Shown here piece by piece: positions 48,001 through 61,000 of a stretch of DNA of 64,000 bases. A model generated the notes under the pieces. That model searched no databases. It was not told the origin of the DNA and saw only the letters and a program-made list of their open reading frames with translations. The first letter of the stretch is position 1. Every line of letters starts with the position of its first letter. Made by a program: the position numbers and the translations under genes. The DNA comes from Amoebophrya sp. A120 (Eukaryota > Protista > Dinoflagellata). The stretch lies in the NCBI GenBank assembly GCA_905178155.1, contig CAJINV010000004.1:1588573-1652572 (forward strand), written 5' to 3'.

Positions 48001-51000
48001 CGCACACCTTCACCCCAACGGTGTCAAGCTTGTTCGACGACAGTACTAGCAGCGACAATATTAAACCTCCGAGAACTGTGGATTGCAAAAATGTCTGGGT
48101 CTGGAAGAATGCAACTTGTGATGCTGCATTTGGATTCCAAAAAAATTTGTATTGCATGAGTAGCAAAAGGAGTATAATTTTTGCTACAATGATAGGGCAT
48201 TCGCATTTATTGTCATGCGGAATAGGCATCAAGTTCAAGATGCCCTCAAAAAATATGTTTATGTGATGCTAGGGCGTGCATCACAGACATCATGGCTCAT
48301 GCAAGACGTGCATCACAAGTTTCAGAATCTTCCAGACTCAGACATTTTTACAGTTGATAAGAACGAACACCTGGACGAGCAAGAAAGACGCGCGGGAGCA
48401 GCCGCTGCCTTGTACGAAAGAACCCATTCAGTGCAGTGTCGGAGAGTTATTCTGAGTAAAAACGTCCCCACCCCAGAGTTCTTGTCATGCAAATCTGCTT
48501 GTCAAAGAGGTTTCTAATGCGGAGCGCCATGAGAGGCATTTTCTAGTCGTGTTTTGGAATTTGTGATGCTATAATCAGCATGATATGCTAGATCTGTGAT
48601 GCTGCTGAACTACCTAAATATGATTACACTACGAGGACAAACTTGTCATGCGAAACAACCAAAGCTGGCTGATTTGTCTAGCAGATTTTCCATCTTGTTG
48701 ATGACTCGGGTGTGGGGACGTTTTTCCTCAGAATAAGAGTTGAAATCTGTTTTGACCCGCTTGCAATTGGACGCCATGCACATGTTGGAAAACTCGGAAG
48801 CACTGCACCATGCGGCCTCGAGCAACCCAGACCCATTGATGAAGCTGCTTGAAACGGCAGCAAGGGAGGGGGCTGGGCCGGGGACCTCGCCCTCTGCGGG
48901 CCAGAGTCAGAAGCCGTTCGCAAGTCTCAAGGCTGTGCAAGAGTATTCATAATTGATGACTCTTCATGCATAAAGATTTGCTTTAGCTTTTGATTTTGTT
49001 TTTGATGCACGCAAGGGATACATACTTTTCGAGGGCACCAGCTCGAATTTCGTTGATCAATTTCTACTAATTGGTCGTGCGCGACGTCGACGTTGTGTCT
49101 GATTTTGATACTCAGGTACTGGCGTCACGTACTGTATTCTTCCCGTCTTTCCCACGAGCACGTGCAGAACCCAAAGAACACCGCCGAGCGACTCTTGATG
49201 GTAGACCGAGCGCACCCGCTGGTGCCCCGAGATTTGATCAACCAGCTGGCCTCGAGCATTTACGCCGCCGAGCAGCACCACGGACGAAACGTGGCGAGTC
49301 GGTTGTTTCGCACGCACCTGCGGCCGCTGATCCAGCGGAACGGGCTGCACTACTTTCTGGCCATCAGCGGCAAAGACGTGGAGAACACGATGTATGTACC
49401 CATCGCAAATACGTGGTCTGGGTCTGGAAAAATAAAGCCTGTCTTTTTTGGCTAGCATGAGCCTGGAAAATCTGTATTGCGTAAACCCTCTTCTGTCATG
49501 CAAAAATGCAGTAGTTTCTCATGCGCGCTCTGGATGAGAAGGCTCAATGATAAACACTCCAATACCACGACAATGTTCCAGGCCCGGACATATTTGCAAT
49601 CCATACCCCCACTGGCTGTATAACTACGTGAAGCGCCAGGACTACCAGCGGGAGCTCCGGGAGTTCACGTGGCTGCAAGGGGTGGAATCGGCTTACGCGG
49701 TGTGCAAGCTGTTTTTGGAAAAAACCTTCGGAACAAGCGCCACTGCTGTTGGAAGTTCGACTTTTGAGGTGCCGATGTACAACCCCCGCACCAGCAGTGA
49801 TGAAGAAGCAATATACCAGGCCGCCGTGGTGATCCACGAGCGATTTTCTAACATAGCAAATGAGGAGGGGCTCCTTTTCTTACAATCTCTTTTCGCGGAA
49901 CTACATCAGGACTTCGGAGATTTTTCGCAGCATAAAAAAAACCAGTTCGATAAAAAAACGTTTTACCATCTGCGAAAGGTGGACTCGAACTTACTCGTCC
50001 ACCGCATGCAGAGCGTCGCGAAGCGCGAGATGGCGGTTATCAAAGTGAAAGAGCAGTTGGAGATGGAGCAACTGTTGAAAAAAAGTTCTTCTTCAGACAT
50101 AGAAAAACTTACTTCTCGAAATAAACAAGTAGAAGAAGAAGAAGTGCCAACTCTTGGCCAGCTGCACCTCGAGCAGCACTCCGAAGAGGGAGGACAAGCA
50201 GAAGAAAAAACCGCGGACGTGACGAAAAAAAACCTCCCGATAGTTCTCCGCGAAGTCGAGTTGGCGCTGAAGGGCGCTGTGTCCGCGAGTTTCGCGCGCA
50301 CCGTGCATCGGCAGATTCAGAACGACCGATTCAAATCTGAAGTGCACTTTGTGCAGTCTTTGGTATTGTCTCTGGTGCAGCAGTACCTCCGGTCAGTTTA
50401 CAACACAGACAGGAGGACAAGAAAAATGAATACCCGTACTGGACCTGGACAAGACGATAGTGGCACAAGTAGAAGTGCCAGAAGTTCTTCGCCCCGCCCA
50501 GGTTTCGCCACGTCGTTTCCCCAAGCTGCGTGGAAAGAAGGTCCACCAAATCAGCACATCCCCAAGAACATTAATGCGAGAGGGGGACGAGGACAAGCTA
50601 TGTTGAGAGACCTGAAACGATTCCTGCGCCCCTTCTGGCCGCGCATCACCGAGCGCTGGCGCGCACGTACCGGCTGCGATGAGCAGTGCGCTCAGGGGTT
50701 ACAGAAGGCCGGCAGCGTCGCTGCGCACGTGCAGATCATGCGTCTGCTTCCGCACAGCTTGTCCTTTCTGCTGCGGGCGCTGTTGCTGCGCAGCAGGGAT
50801 TGCGTGCAGGGAGGTTCTTTTTCATCTGGTTGGGCGACAGGAACGAAAAAGCGCAAAAAAAGGCAGGGGACCTGTCTAACGAACAACCTGCGTGAAGGTT
50901 CTGTGCACGACAACAAGAAGTCCAATCGTCGTTCAACAGCTGGTGGACGACCTCGTGCGCTCCTAGACCCGGCCCGATTGGAACATATTCTGGTCGCAGC

Positions 51001-51937
51001 GTCGCGCCTGGCGAAGTACGTGGTTTTGTTCCAGCGCAGCAAGCACGTCTGGCAAGACTTGGAGGGCGTCTTACCCGTCCTCGCTGTGGATGTCGCGGAT
51101 CTGTTCGGACCGCAAGTGCTGAACGACGAAAGATGTAGTAGTGCAAGTAGCGTGCTACAACAAGAAGAACAACTCCCAAGAAGGAGAGCTACGTCAACAA
51201 GTCGCAGCAAGAAAAAATTTGCTACGAAAAGAAGTCCTGACCACTCCAAAAATCCACCGGGCAGCAGAACCTGCCGCCCCGTGACGATTGCGAACGCGTT
51301 TTTGACCCTGATTCGTGCGTACGGACTCAAGCCTGCGAAGACGCAGAAACTGACGATCGAGCGGTTTTGGTGGCTGATTAATGCCGCTGTGGAAATGAGT
51401 GCGTACTACGAGACCGTGATTCGGGGTTCGCGGGTGGATTTCTGGCACCAGATTAGGTCGTCCGCGTGGAGGTCCTCAAAGATGAACAAGCGGGACGAGT
51501 TCGAGTTGGATTATCAAAAGTTGGCACAACCGGAAGAACAAAAGCAAGACCTTGATCATGTAGCCAACGCGGTTTCTCTGCATCGCAAGATGGAGGCCGC
51601 TTGGTTTGCGCGAATACAGGAGGAGAGTCTGTACGCGGGTGTTGGCACCCGCGTCCGGCTGCGCAGCCCCGTGGAGGATTTCTTAGAGGGGGCGGAAGGA
51701 ACGGTTGTCGCGATCCATCCAGACAAGAAGGTTCTCGTGAAATTTTCCGGCTCCACCGCGCTGCGGCACCCTGAGTGGGCGGATGTCACTGCGGCACTGC
51801 CGCGGTCGGACGTGCTGAGCCTGCACGGGGCAGAAGCAGACGACGTGTCTGTGTGCGACACGAGCTGTTTGATACACATTGCCAGCGTGTGGCGCAGGAG
51901 CAGGTGCAACGCAAGACCGGAATCGTGTCAAAATTAG
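39057..51937 (+). CDS. Very large hypothetical protein, low-complexity rich
   Basis: ORFs 38988, 41211, 41854, 43035, 44272, 46968, 48740, 49093 and 49547 join after removing eight introners and GT-AG intron 48943-49115. No recognisable family. Possible small beta-barrel (GTRVRL..EGTVVAIHPDKKVLVKF) near the C-terminus. Confidence 0.75.
40995..41256. mobile_element. Introner, family A
   Basis: TSD TGGCG/TGGCC. Confidence 0.92.
41658..41908. mobile_element. Introner, family A
   Basis: TSD ACGCG/ACGCG. Confidence 0.93.
42719..43033. mobile_element. Introner, family C
   Basis: TSD CGTGG/TGTGG. Confidence 0.91.
44091..44269. mobile_element. Introner, short foldback family (about 70-bp TIRs)
   Basis: TSD ACTTG/ACTTG; CAGGCAGGTCAGATTTGTAATGCAAAAA / TTTTTGCATTACAAATCTGACCTGCCTG. 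Confidence 0.92.
46682..46960. mobile_element. Introner, family B
   Basis: TSD GGCCT/GGCCT. Confidence 0.92.
48077..48359. mobile_element. Introner, family A (left end TGT)
   Basis: TSD AGAAC/AGAAC. Confidence 0.9.
48448..48735. mobile_element. Introner, family B
   Basis: TSD AGAGT/AGAGT. Confidence 0.91.
49397..49605. mobile_element. Introner, family A (old; TSD lost)
   Basis: Recognisable family A TIRs; flanks GTATG/CCCCC; element+5 removal restores TMY|HWLY. Confidence 0.75.
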
Positions 51938-52879
51938 TGACTTGTTTTCTCACGTGAAAGTAGTAGGTGGGGGCTACTACTCTAGTGCTGTTTTAGGTAG
52001 TACGGCTAGACATAGTAGTGGTACATCAGCTGTACATACTATATTCGCGGCTGTGAAGCTCCTGCGAAGGGGCAGTTGGGTCTACATTATGCCATTGCAT
52101 GACAACATAAACATTACAATTACAAATAACGATACGGTTTCTGACCGTTCTATCTCGTGAATCTTACGTAGCAGTACATCCCGAATCTCAATTTCAAAGA
52201 AAAAAACCGATCAAGAATACTTACGTCATCTAGAAGTAAAAAAGTGCTCCTATTAGGCTTAGTTAGGTGGAAGCGCTGCGCACTGCGGTCAAATGGGTGC
52301 TTATCAGTAGGCTTGTGGTCGCCGGTTTGACGGAATGAAATTTGAAAATCACAACCTTGAACGGGCGGCCAGCAGTATCTGGACGAATTTACTGACTGCA
52401 GGAACAAAATAAATGAAGATAACACGACGACCGAAATGGCGAGAAGCCGTCTAGTAGCACCGGCGATTTATCGATTCTCTCGTTGTCTTGTGTGAAGCTG
52501 AAGGTCAGCAGTTCTTATGGCGCAAGCCTCGCGCTCTCGGGGTCCTCGGAAAAACAATGTGGCTACTACTAAAAAATCACGCTCAAGATTATATGTAAAC
52601 GCCAGCGATCAACATGGATGATAACAAGGGTAGTAGTAGAGGCAGTAATGTCCTCACAGGTCGGTGAACAAAAGATTATCGCAGGTCGCTGAAGAAAAAG
52701 CACTTTCTTTATGTTGGTAGAATACTAGATCTAGAGAAAAGTAAGCGCGTTCACACTGTTGCTGCATCCCACTGTAAGTACAACTCTGTATTCCGTTTTC
52801 TGCGTCGTTATCAAGCCATCATCAGCTTCGGCTTCAATCAATTTTGAAACTCTGATGTGATGATCCAGAAAAGCCACCC

Positions 52880-54355
52880 ATGTTGCAAAGCACGACGCAG
52901 AACCTCCCAAACCGGCTCCGGGACCGGGACCGGGTGCTAGCTGAACTTGGGCTGCCGGAGTTCCTGAAACCAGAGGACTTCTACCTTTCCTCAGCGGCTT
53001 CTACTTCCACTAGAGATTTTTGTTCCACTTCCAGCCGCCCAAAGAACTCTCGCGCTCGTTTCTCGCTCTACCTGCAATGCGGCGACTTCGACATAGACCT
53101 AAGAACCATGAAAGAGACTCCGAAGACACTGGTGTCCGAGAAAGGCTACCGCCGCATTGTTTTCGGTGACCACGTATGGATTGCAAAAATGTCTGGGTCT
53201 GGAAGATTGTCAGACTTGTCATGCAGGTTTTCCATGATCCATGAAGTCTGGCATGTAGGACATGGCTGCATGACAGAGTCTGCGAGACCTTTCTAATGCC
53301 TATCCTGCGTGAGAAACTGCCTCTCGATTAGGTCAAAAGTGCACAACTTTTGGCGATCATGCAGCACAGTTTTTTGCCTGATTCAGATTTAGCATGACAA
53401 GTTCCATCCTCCCAGACCTAGACGTATTTGCATTTGATACCACGGGCCCTATCTGGAATTCACGGCGGAGCAGATCCATCTCCCGAGCTTTCCCTTCGTC
53501 CGCCGGAAGCCACACCACGCTTTCTACGATGAGCACTGGTTTATGCAAGACAAGTTCCTGAAGTCCTGCTTATTTTTGTCGAATCGTGAGAAGAACAAAA
53601 GTGTTGAGAGGACCTCCGCATCAAGGTCTTCTGGAACAAGAAAAGCGACTCAGAATGATCTGACGGACGCGGAGTGGGCCGCGATTGACGATCACGCAGC
53701 AAAGGCTATTGCAGCGGAAGAAATTATGCGACCAGACACTGTACGACCCGCAGACCGGCGCGTGGTCGCACTATCGCCTCCAAGGTCGTTTTTAATACGC
53801 GAGCGCGAGTTTGCCTACCTCTACGCACAGAAACGGACCGTGGCGAGCAAGCCGAATCCCCCGCACACCGGGAAGTTTTGGTGCGACAACGACAGACCAG
53901 AAGGGTATGCCGATTATCAGGTGGGGTTTTTCTACCTAGAGTGCTCGAAGGAGGTGGTGTTGGTATTGAGGGATGAAGTTCATTTTGAAACTAAGAATAA
54001 GAATCAGAATGAGCATCCAGATCCACATACGCATCTTGATCATGTGGTGGAAGATCAACATATCAGCACCAACGCACAGTCATCTGCTTCGACTGCGACT
54101 TTCTTGACGCAAGAGCAGCTTCAAGAACAACAACAATGCTCATACGGTTCCGCTGAAAGTAGAACAAAGACTGCCACAGAAACGGTGGTGAAGAGTGGAG
54201 AAGATATGCCGAGAAAAGAAAAGCGTTCCAGATGGAACCGTGGCAAAGAAAAATCCGTCCTCCGGCATAGTGGCTGTGAGAAGTCCGCTGTGCGCCAAAG
54301 CGCGGGGTCTTTAGACAAGTTGCAGCTCTACTCCCTTGGCTTGCGGGGGCCGTAG
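52880..54355 (+). CDS. Hypothetical protein (GYRRIVFGDHGPYLEF ... LYAQKRTV ... EGYADYQVGFFY)
   Basis: Two ORFs joined in frame across introner 53175-53439 (GDH|GPY). Confidence 0.75.
53175..53439. mobile_element. Introner, family A
   Basis: TSD CCACG/CCACG. Confidence 0.92.
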
Positions 54356-55058
54356 TACGCTGTCATCTTCGCTCAGCTCGTCTTGGAAAGATTCTTGGAA
54401 AGATACTTACTCATTCTGTCGCACAGACTAGCAGACTTCCTTCGCACTATGCGATTGCGCTTATCGTGTCTATGTCCCTGGAGGAAAACAAGTCGAGTTT
54501 TCGTGGCGGATCCATTTTCTGATCGTATTGCTGAAAATAAAACATCACTGGAAGAGTTTCAATAAGCTTCTACCAGCCGTAGCTAGCATGCTGCTGTTTG
54601 TAGTTTTTAGACTATAAAGAATGAAGTGTCATTAGTGAAACTCTCTCGCTCGGGTCGTCGTGTATGCAGTCGCTGTCGCACCTAGTATGTAGGTAGTTCG
54701 TCTTGAGTTCTTTAAATTTCAATTGAGGAATATAATTCATACATCATCAATTTCAATTAATACCGTCGTGCCCGTCGTACAGCAAGAAGATTCGGAAAAG
54801 GCATGGGACCGACAGGGTCAGGGACCAACTCGTGCTTCTCTATTATGGGTATACTCCGTGTGAGCTGCAACTTTCCCACGATAAAATAAAGCTCCTCAAG
54901 TAGTAGTTGTCCGCATAATTTCATGTATTACTTCCACAAGGACGGTTCTTCGAGGAAAGTTGAGAATTCTGTGGTTTTTGTTGAAAAAGTATCGTAAAGT
55001 TAAACTGAAAAGCAAAATTTCCTTCGATCAGATTTTCTAATTCTATATCTCGTCAAAA

Positions 55059-58000
55059 ATGCCTTCCCTAGCGTCGTCCCAGCCACCTGCCACCGGGGTC
55101 GTGGTAGGTTCTGAGCCATCTTCACACAACAAGGTCGTGCTCACCATGGACAGCCAGCTGCTGGCTGCGTTTCTGAATTCCCGGCACGTCGAGCAGGACC
55201 GAGCTGTACCCCTCTGTTACACCACTGCTGCGGCCTACGTGGCGAAGCTCGACGCGTCGGCAAAACTGACCGACTGCAGCACTATCAAACGTCGCTTCCG
55301 GTTCCTGTTACCCGCCTTGCTGCCCCTCCTTGATGTCGGAAATAAAAACCGAAAGAATGACGAGAAAAATAAATCGGAGAAAGGATCATCTTCGACTGGT
55401 CAAAATGGTGGAAAAGCTGCCGATAATTATCTCAGCAAAAATAAAGAGCCACCTCGTCGCCCATTTTTCCCCGGTACCCATCCTCTCGGCCTGTGGCATG
55501 CGCACTTGGATAGCGAGGTTTCGCGCGCCGTGCAGCGGATGGCCTGTGACGCGGAGCGGCCGGGGATTTTGGAGGCCCTGTTGTTTCTACGGACCGCGGT
55601 GGACCACAGTCGTTTCAGTCGGCGGGAGCAGGACAATCATGATCATACTGATAAAAATGATAAAAAGAACTACGAAAATAACAAGACTTTATCCCACTTC
55701 ATCCTCTACGCGAAGCAAGTTTTGCAACTTCTGGAGCAGGAGCGGAGGCTGTTCGATCTGTTAACGAGAAAGATCGTCTTGCCAGAGTTGGTTCGGTTGC
55801 ACCTGCAGAAGGCGGTTGGGATTGTGGTGAAGCAAGGTGACCTTTACAAGGCGGAACCGGAAAAAAGAAGGGAGGTCGAGGTGGTGCTGGTGCAAAAAAT
55901 GATCCCGTCAAGTAGTTCTATAGCAGGTGGAGTAGGAGTAAAAAGTAAAAGAGCAGCAAAACTACCTGTTGCTGGGCAGCAGCATCAGAAATCATCTTCC
56001 TCGTCGTCCCCACGAGCTCACCTGGATTTCCAGTATCTGACGAAGGTGCAGCTGGAATACAAGCCGAATCTGGACACCGTCTCCGCTATGCGGGCCGAGA
56101 TCGTGCGACAACTATCGGAAACATTCAGCTCGGATGTGCTGGCAGTGGTAGGCTTTGTCTTGGACGAGCAGAATAGAGAACAAGACGTTCTTTCTACAAG
56201 CATAGACGGAAAGAAGGTAAGCGTTGCTTCATCAAGTAGAACATCTAGTACTTCGCGCGAACAACAACGAGGTCAACATCTGAAGGACCAAAAATCCAAG
56301 GAGCCGCACATAAAAGAAAGCCCTTCTCGCAGCAGCAGCCCCATGGTCGTCCGCACGCGCGCGCTTTGGAGCTCCAGCGAACATCGGGACTACCACGCAA
56401 ATGTCGGCTCCTTGATCGGAGGAAGTACTACTGCCGCTGCTCCTAGGGGAAAAGATAACAAGAATAAAGTGAAAAGAGGCAACGCCAAGCAAAACGCCCC
56501 GGTGATGATGGAGGAAGTGGACAAAATCATTGTCGAGGTGCTCGACATCACCGACCAAGCCGTCCTAGAGTACTTGGCCGACGTCAAGCAGGACAGCCGC
56601 CGCCTGGCGCTCGTGTACAACAGGAGCAAAAACTTGTTTGTCGATGGGAACAACGTTTTTTACGATTTCAACGAAATTGACGACACGACCCTCCCGCAGA
56701 CAACGTCAACGAACGTCATAGCCGCGGCCACTGCGAAGAACAATATTAAGCGGGTCGCGAACCGGTTTTCCGCTTTGCTCTCCCGAGAGGAGAAACTGGA
56801 CTTGGTAAGGCGGAGCAAGACGAATTTGTTCAAGGAGTGCGTTCTGTACGCACTCAACTTGATCGCGTGCCTGAGCGGTGAAGATGCGTTTTGCTGGCAG
56901 TTGCGCAAGCAGCACGTGCATCTTTTCCGGCCAGCGGACGGGGTCGTGGTAGAGCGGATCGTGGGAAGTAGAGGCGGTGAGGAGGATGATCAGGAGGAGG
57001 CTTTTAGAAGCGGAGCGGCTACAAGAACAGTACTGAATGAAAGGAAGATAAAAAAGCCAAGGCAGAACCGGAAAAAGCTCGAATTTGACCGGAGTATGGC
57101 GAGCATGCACTTCACGCAAGCACGGACGAATGCCCGAAACTACCGCCTGTTTCGACAATTGCCGGCGGAGGGAGGAACACGAACACCAAGTGTAAAAACC
57201 CCAATCACGACAAAGAACCAGAACCGAGAGGAACAAGCTGAGAAGAACAAGCAGGGCAGGAGAGCAACAGGAGAGCGTGTGGGATCATCGTCGTCCACTA
57301 CGAGTAGAAGAGCACCCCCAGTTGCAACCTCCCGACAAGAGAAGCTGCTGTTCCTGTACCGCTTGAAAAACGTCGACACGGTCTACCGGCGAGCGGCGTC
57401 CTTTGTGAACCTTCTCTGCACGGTATGCAATACAAATTTCCTGTACATGTACAAAATGCGTTTGCGTCACAACTGTCACCAACTTGGAGCATGCCGCTTG
57501 TCATGCTGAATAGAATTAAAAGAAAGCTTTGTCATGCAGAAACCGCATTTGTAGATGTGTAGGAAATTTACTGTGGATACACGGAGAACACGCAATATTT
57601 GAACCAAGTGCGGAAGAAAATCCTGGAACGAACGTGGCGCTGGATCTGGAAGGTGGCCCGCTCGTTGTCAAAACAGCTGCGACAAGATGTGCTGGCGATG
57701 ATGTACAACAGTAGCAAGACACACACAATGTTGCAGGTGAACCAGCATCAAAACGACCACCGGATTGACAACCTCTCTGTTTCCTCCCCGACAGCGTTGC
57801 TGACTAACCCAAACCTCGTCAACGCCGCTTTCTACACGACCCTGCGCGGCGGGGGCAATGAGTCAAGTGGCAAGATGAGTCAATACGTTGACGTGCAGCG
57901 ACAGGGTGCTGCCAACAAGAGGACTTCTAGCACGACGAGGAGGACTACAAGTAGAGGAGCAGGTGGACCTGGATCTACTTCTAGCAGGAGCTCTAGCCCC

Positions 58001-61000
58001 GTTATGTCTCCGAACGCAGAAGTGAGAAGCCGTAGCAGTTCGCCGGGCGGTGGGGCCACCGGAGGAGAAGTTGAAGGAGTTGATGGAGTTGCACCAAGAC
58101 GAGCAACACTGTCCGCCTCGCAGGTCGAGGACGCCAAGCTGGTGCGCGTGTGTCTGGAGGAGGTGTCCCGAAATTTTATGCGGGAACACAAGCGAGACTA
58201 CGGGAATAAGTACTACCAAACGAACAAGTTCCGACACCCGCGGCCGTGGCGCAGCCCGAACGCAAAAGAACTGTTGGCGGGAACGAATTATTTTGCGACG
58301 GCTGATAGCCCCGAACCCGAAGCGGGAGACGGAACTAAAAGGGGTGAATCGTCAGAAGATGGAATGGTCTTGTCATCTCCAGGAGACGATATAGATTTGA
58401 TAACCGGCTTTATCTCATCATCTCCTGGTGGTACTTCTAAGGCGACGGCTTCGCAAATGGCAAGATCGAGCAGATCCATTTCCTCGTCGCCGACGAGAAA
58501 AAATGCAAGGTCTACTGCCAAGGTGGAAAACACCCCGGAAGAGTTCTTGGAGCGGCTTTTTCCCGATGCCGATAGCCTGTACGACCACGTAGTGGGGCAG
58601 TTTCTGACGAGTAGTAGGAGGGAAAGAAACATCAAAACGGTGAAAATGAATCAAGTGGGTTCAACATCTGCTACTACACTCGCAGCTTCAACTACATCAA
58701 AACCAACGGAACTGCCCGACCGTCAAGAAAAAAAACCGAAATGGGCTACAATGAAGATGCAGAGAAACAAAAAAGAAGTAGAAGACACAACTTCTGCTGG
58801 CGGCTTTGTTGCTGACGACAGTAGTAGGAAAAGCAAAAAGAGCTTGCAGGTGGACGAACAGAAAAACACCACCGCGGTGTTTGCGTTTTACCAGAACAAG
58901 AAAGATGAGGAAGAACGCAACCACAGTCGTGAAATAAAGGTCGGAAAACGGAAAAATAGAAATTCATCAAGGGATAATGTTAATCTTTCAGCATCGACGA
59001 CGAACAACTATCGGAGTAGTAGTCCTCGCACTCGCAACACTCTTCAAAGCGGTACACCTGTGCGACGAAAAATGCGGCCAGCCGTAGAGCCAGAGGGATC
59101 ATCTTCGGATAAAACTGATGAAGCAGAAGATGAATATGATCACGATATCTTGCTGCGAACTTCATGCTTGATGAGAAAGAAGGAGCCGAAAGCAAGCGAG
59201 ACGGGAACTACACCAAAACGAAGAAGTAGAAAATCCGGTTCGCGGTCAACCTCGCGCAAGAAGAAAAAAAGCAAGAAACAAGATAGGAAAATAAGTCCCC
59301 CCGAAAGAGAAGACGAAGACCGCTTCTTTGGGCGGCGTACGGATCATCATCTTCTTCGCGAAGATGCATATTATGCTGCTAGGAGTCCTGACACAGTAAA
59401 AATAAAGCCGAAAAAGGAAAAGCGCAAAAAGTCTGGTTCCTCGGCGAGAATGGACAAAAAGGTGGATTCGTCTAGAGTAGAAAAGAAGTCCTCGTCGAGC
59501 AGAAGTCCTTTTCGAAAAAATTCTCGTAAAAAAAGGGACGTCGAGACGAGCAGGAACAACAAGAAACACAGCCACGAAAATTTCTCTGATCGTGAAATCA
59601 TGAAGAAGAAAAAGAAGTCAAAGTCTCGGGAACAAGACGATGAAAGAAGTCGCAAAACAAGAACGCCCGGCCAGGAAAAGAAGGAACGTGGCACGATTCT
59701 TATTAAGCACGACGGGGACGGAGACAACAACAAGAACATCAAGGACGAGCGCAAGAACAGCGGACGTCGAGAGGAAGTGTTTGCATCAACGAAAAAAACA
59801 CTCCGCTTCCAAGAAGGCGCTCACGAGGCGGCTTTATTGTCCCCGCCGGGCAGAAGTGTTGACCAGCAGCAAATGAAGATGCGAGTAGTTTTCGGCGAGG
59901 AGCAGGATTTTTATAGCAGCGTAGTATTTGCCGAGGCGAGCGAGCTCGCGTTTATCCTGGATCGCACACAGTATCTGCAGCGCGAATTGCTCGATACCCT
60001 GACACTGTTGCTGCAGTCGTGCGGCAGCTCTTTCGTGGAGAGCGTGGTAGGTCGTCGGGGGAAATTGTCCGCGCATCTGCAAGGAGTCCAGAGGGAAAAT
60101 CTTCAAAGCGGCCTGTCGACGTCCACAGGCAATATGGCGAGTGAGAGCACGATGAATAGAAGTGGAACTACGGATGCTACTAGTAAAGCAAGCATAATAT
60201 TATCGGTGGATGAACAAGCGCAGGCCAGGAATTTTCTGTTCGTCCCAGAAGCAAGGCCGGGGAAAGCAAAAGCAAAAGCAAAGGCTCCTACCCCTTCGGG
60301 CTCCGCTGGGGCCAAAAAAAAGGCCAGCAGTGTAGTAGTTGCCCCAGAAAGTACAACGACGAAGAAGATCATGACCACTAAGCAAGAACTCAAATCGGGT
60401 AACAGAATAAGTCCTTCCAGTCCACAAGAAAAGCAGCTGAATATTAAACCCTTTCCCAAGCCGAAAAGCAGAACCCCTTCCCCAGCCGGAGCGCAAGCCA
60501 AGACCACGAGTCCACCGCCGGCAAGTCCTGCGAAGGTCAAGTCTGCTCCAGGTGCCGTGGTTCTCCCTTCTTCTAAGATGAAGGCAAAAGGTGGTCCTGC
60601 CCCCGTAAGTGCAACTCCGCCACGACCAGCCAGTAATAAAGCGAAGCAAAAAGGAGCGGCAACGAAAAGCGCTAAGGCGCCTTCGCTTGGTACAACTGCG
60701 AAGAGTGGAGGTGGTATTAAAGACGCTACTACTGCAGGAGGAGTTGCATCTTCAGTGAAAGAAGCAAGTACAACTCAGCTGCAGGCTTCATCTCCTGCTC
60801 CTCTCGATGGGGGAGCTGTAGCTGCGCAGTCATCTTCTGGCGGTGCTTTCCCGAAGAGCAGCAGGAGCGATGTTCTTGACGTCGACGACCCGGTCGTGAA
60901 CTACAAGCAGTCTGCTGTAGATGAGCAAGTAGCTGTGGTGGAACTGACACCCTTGATCGCAGCCAAGTTTTTCTCTTCGAGCAGTGATGAGTTTCACTTG

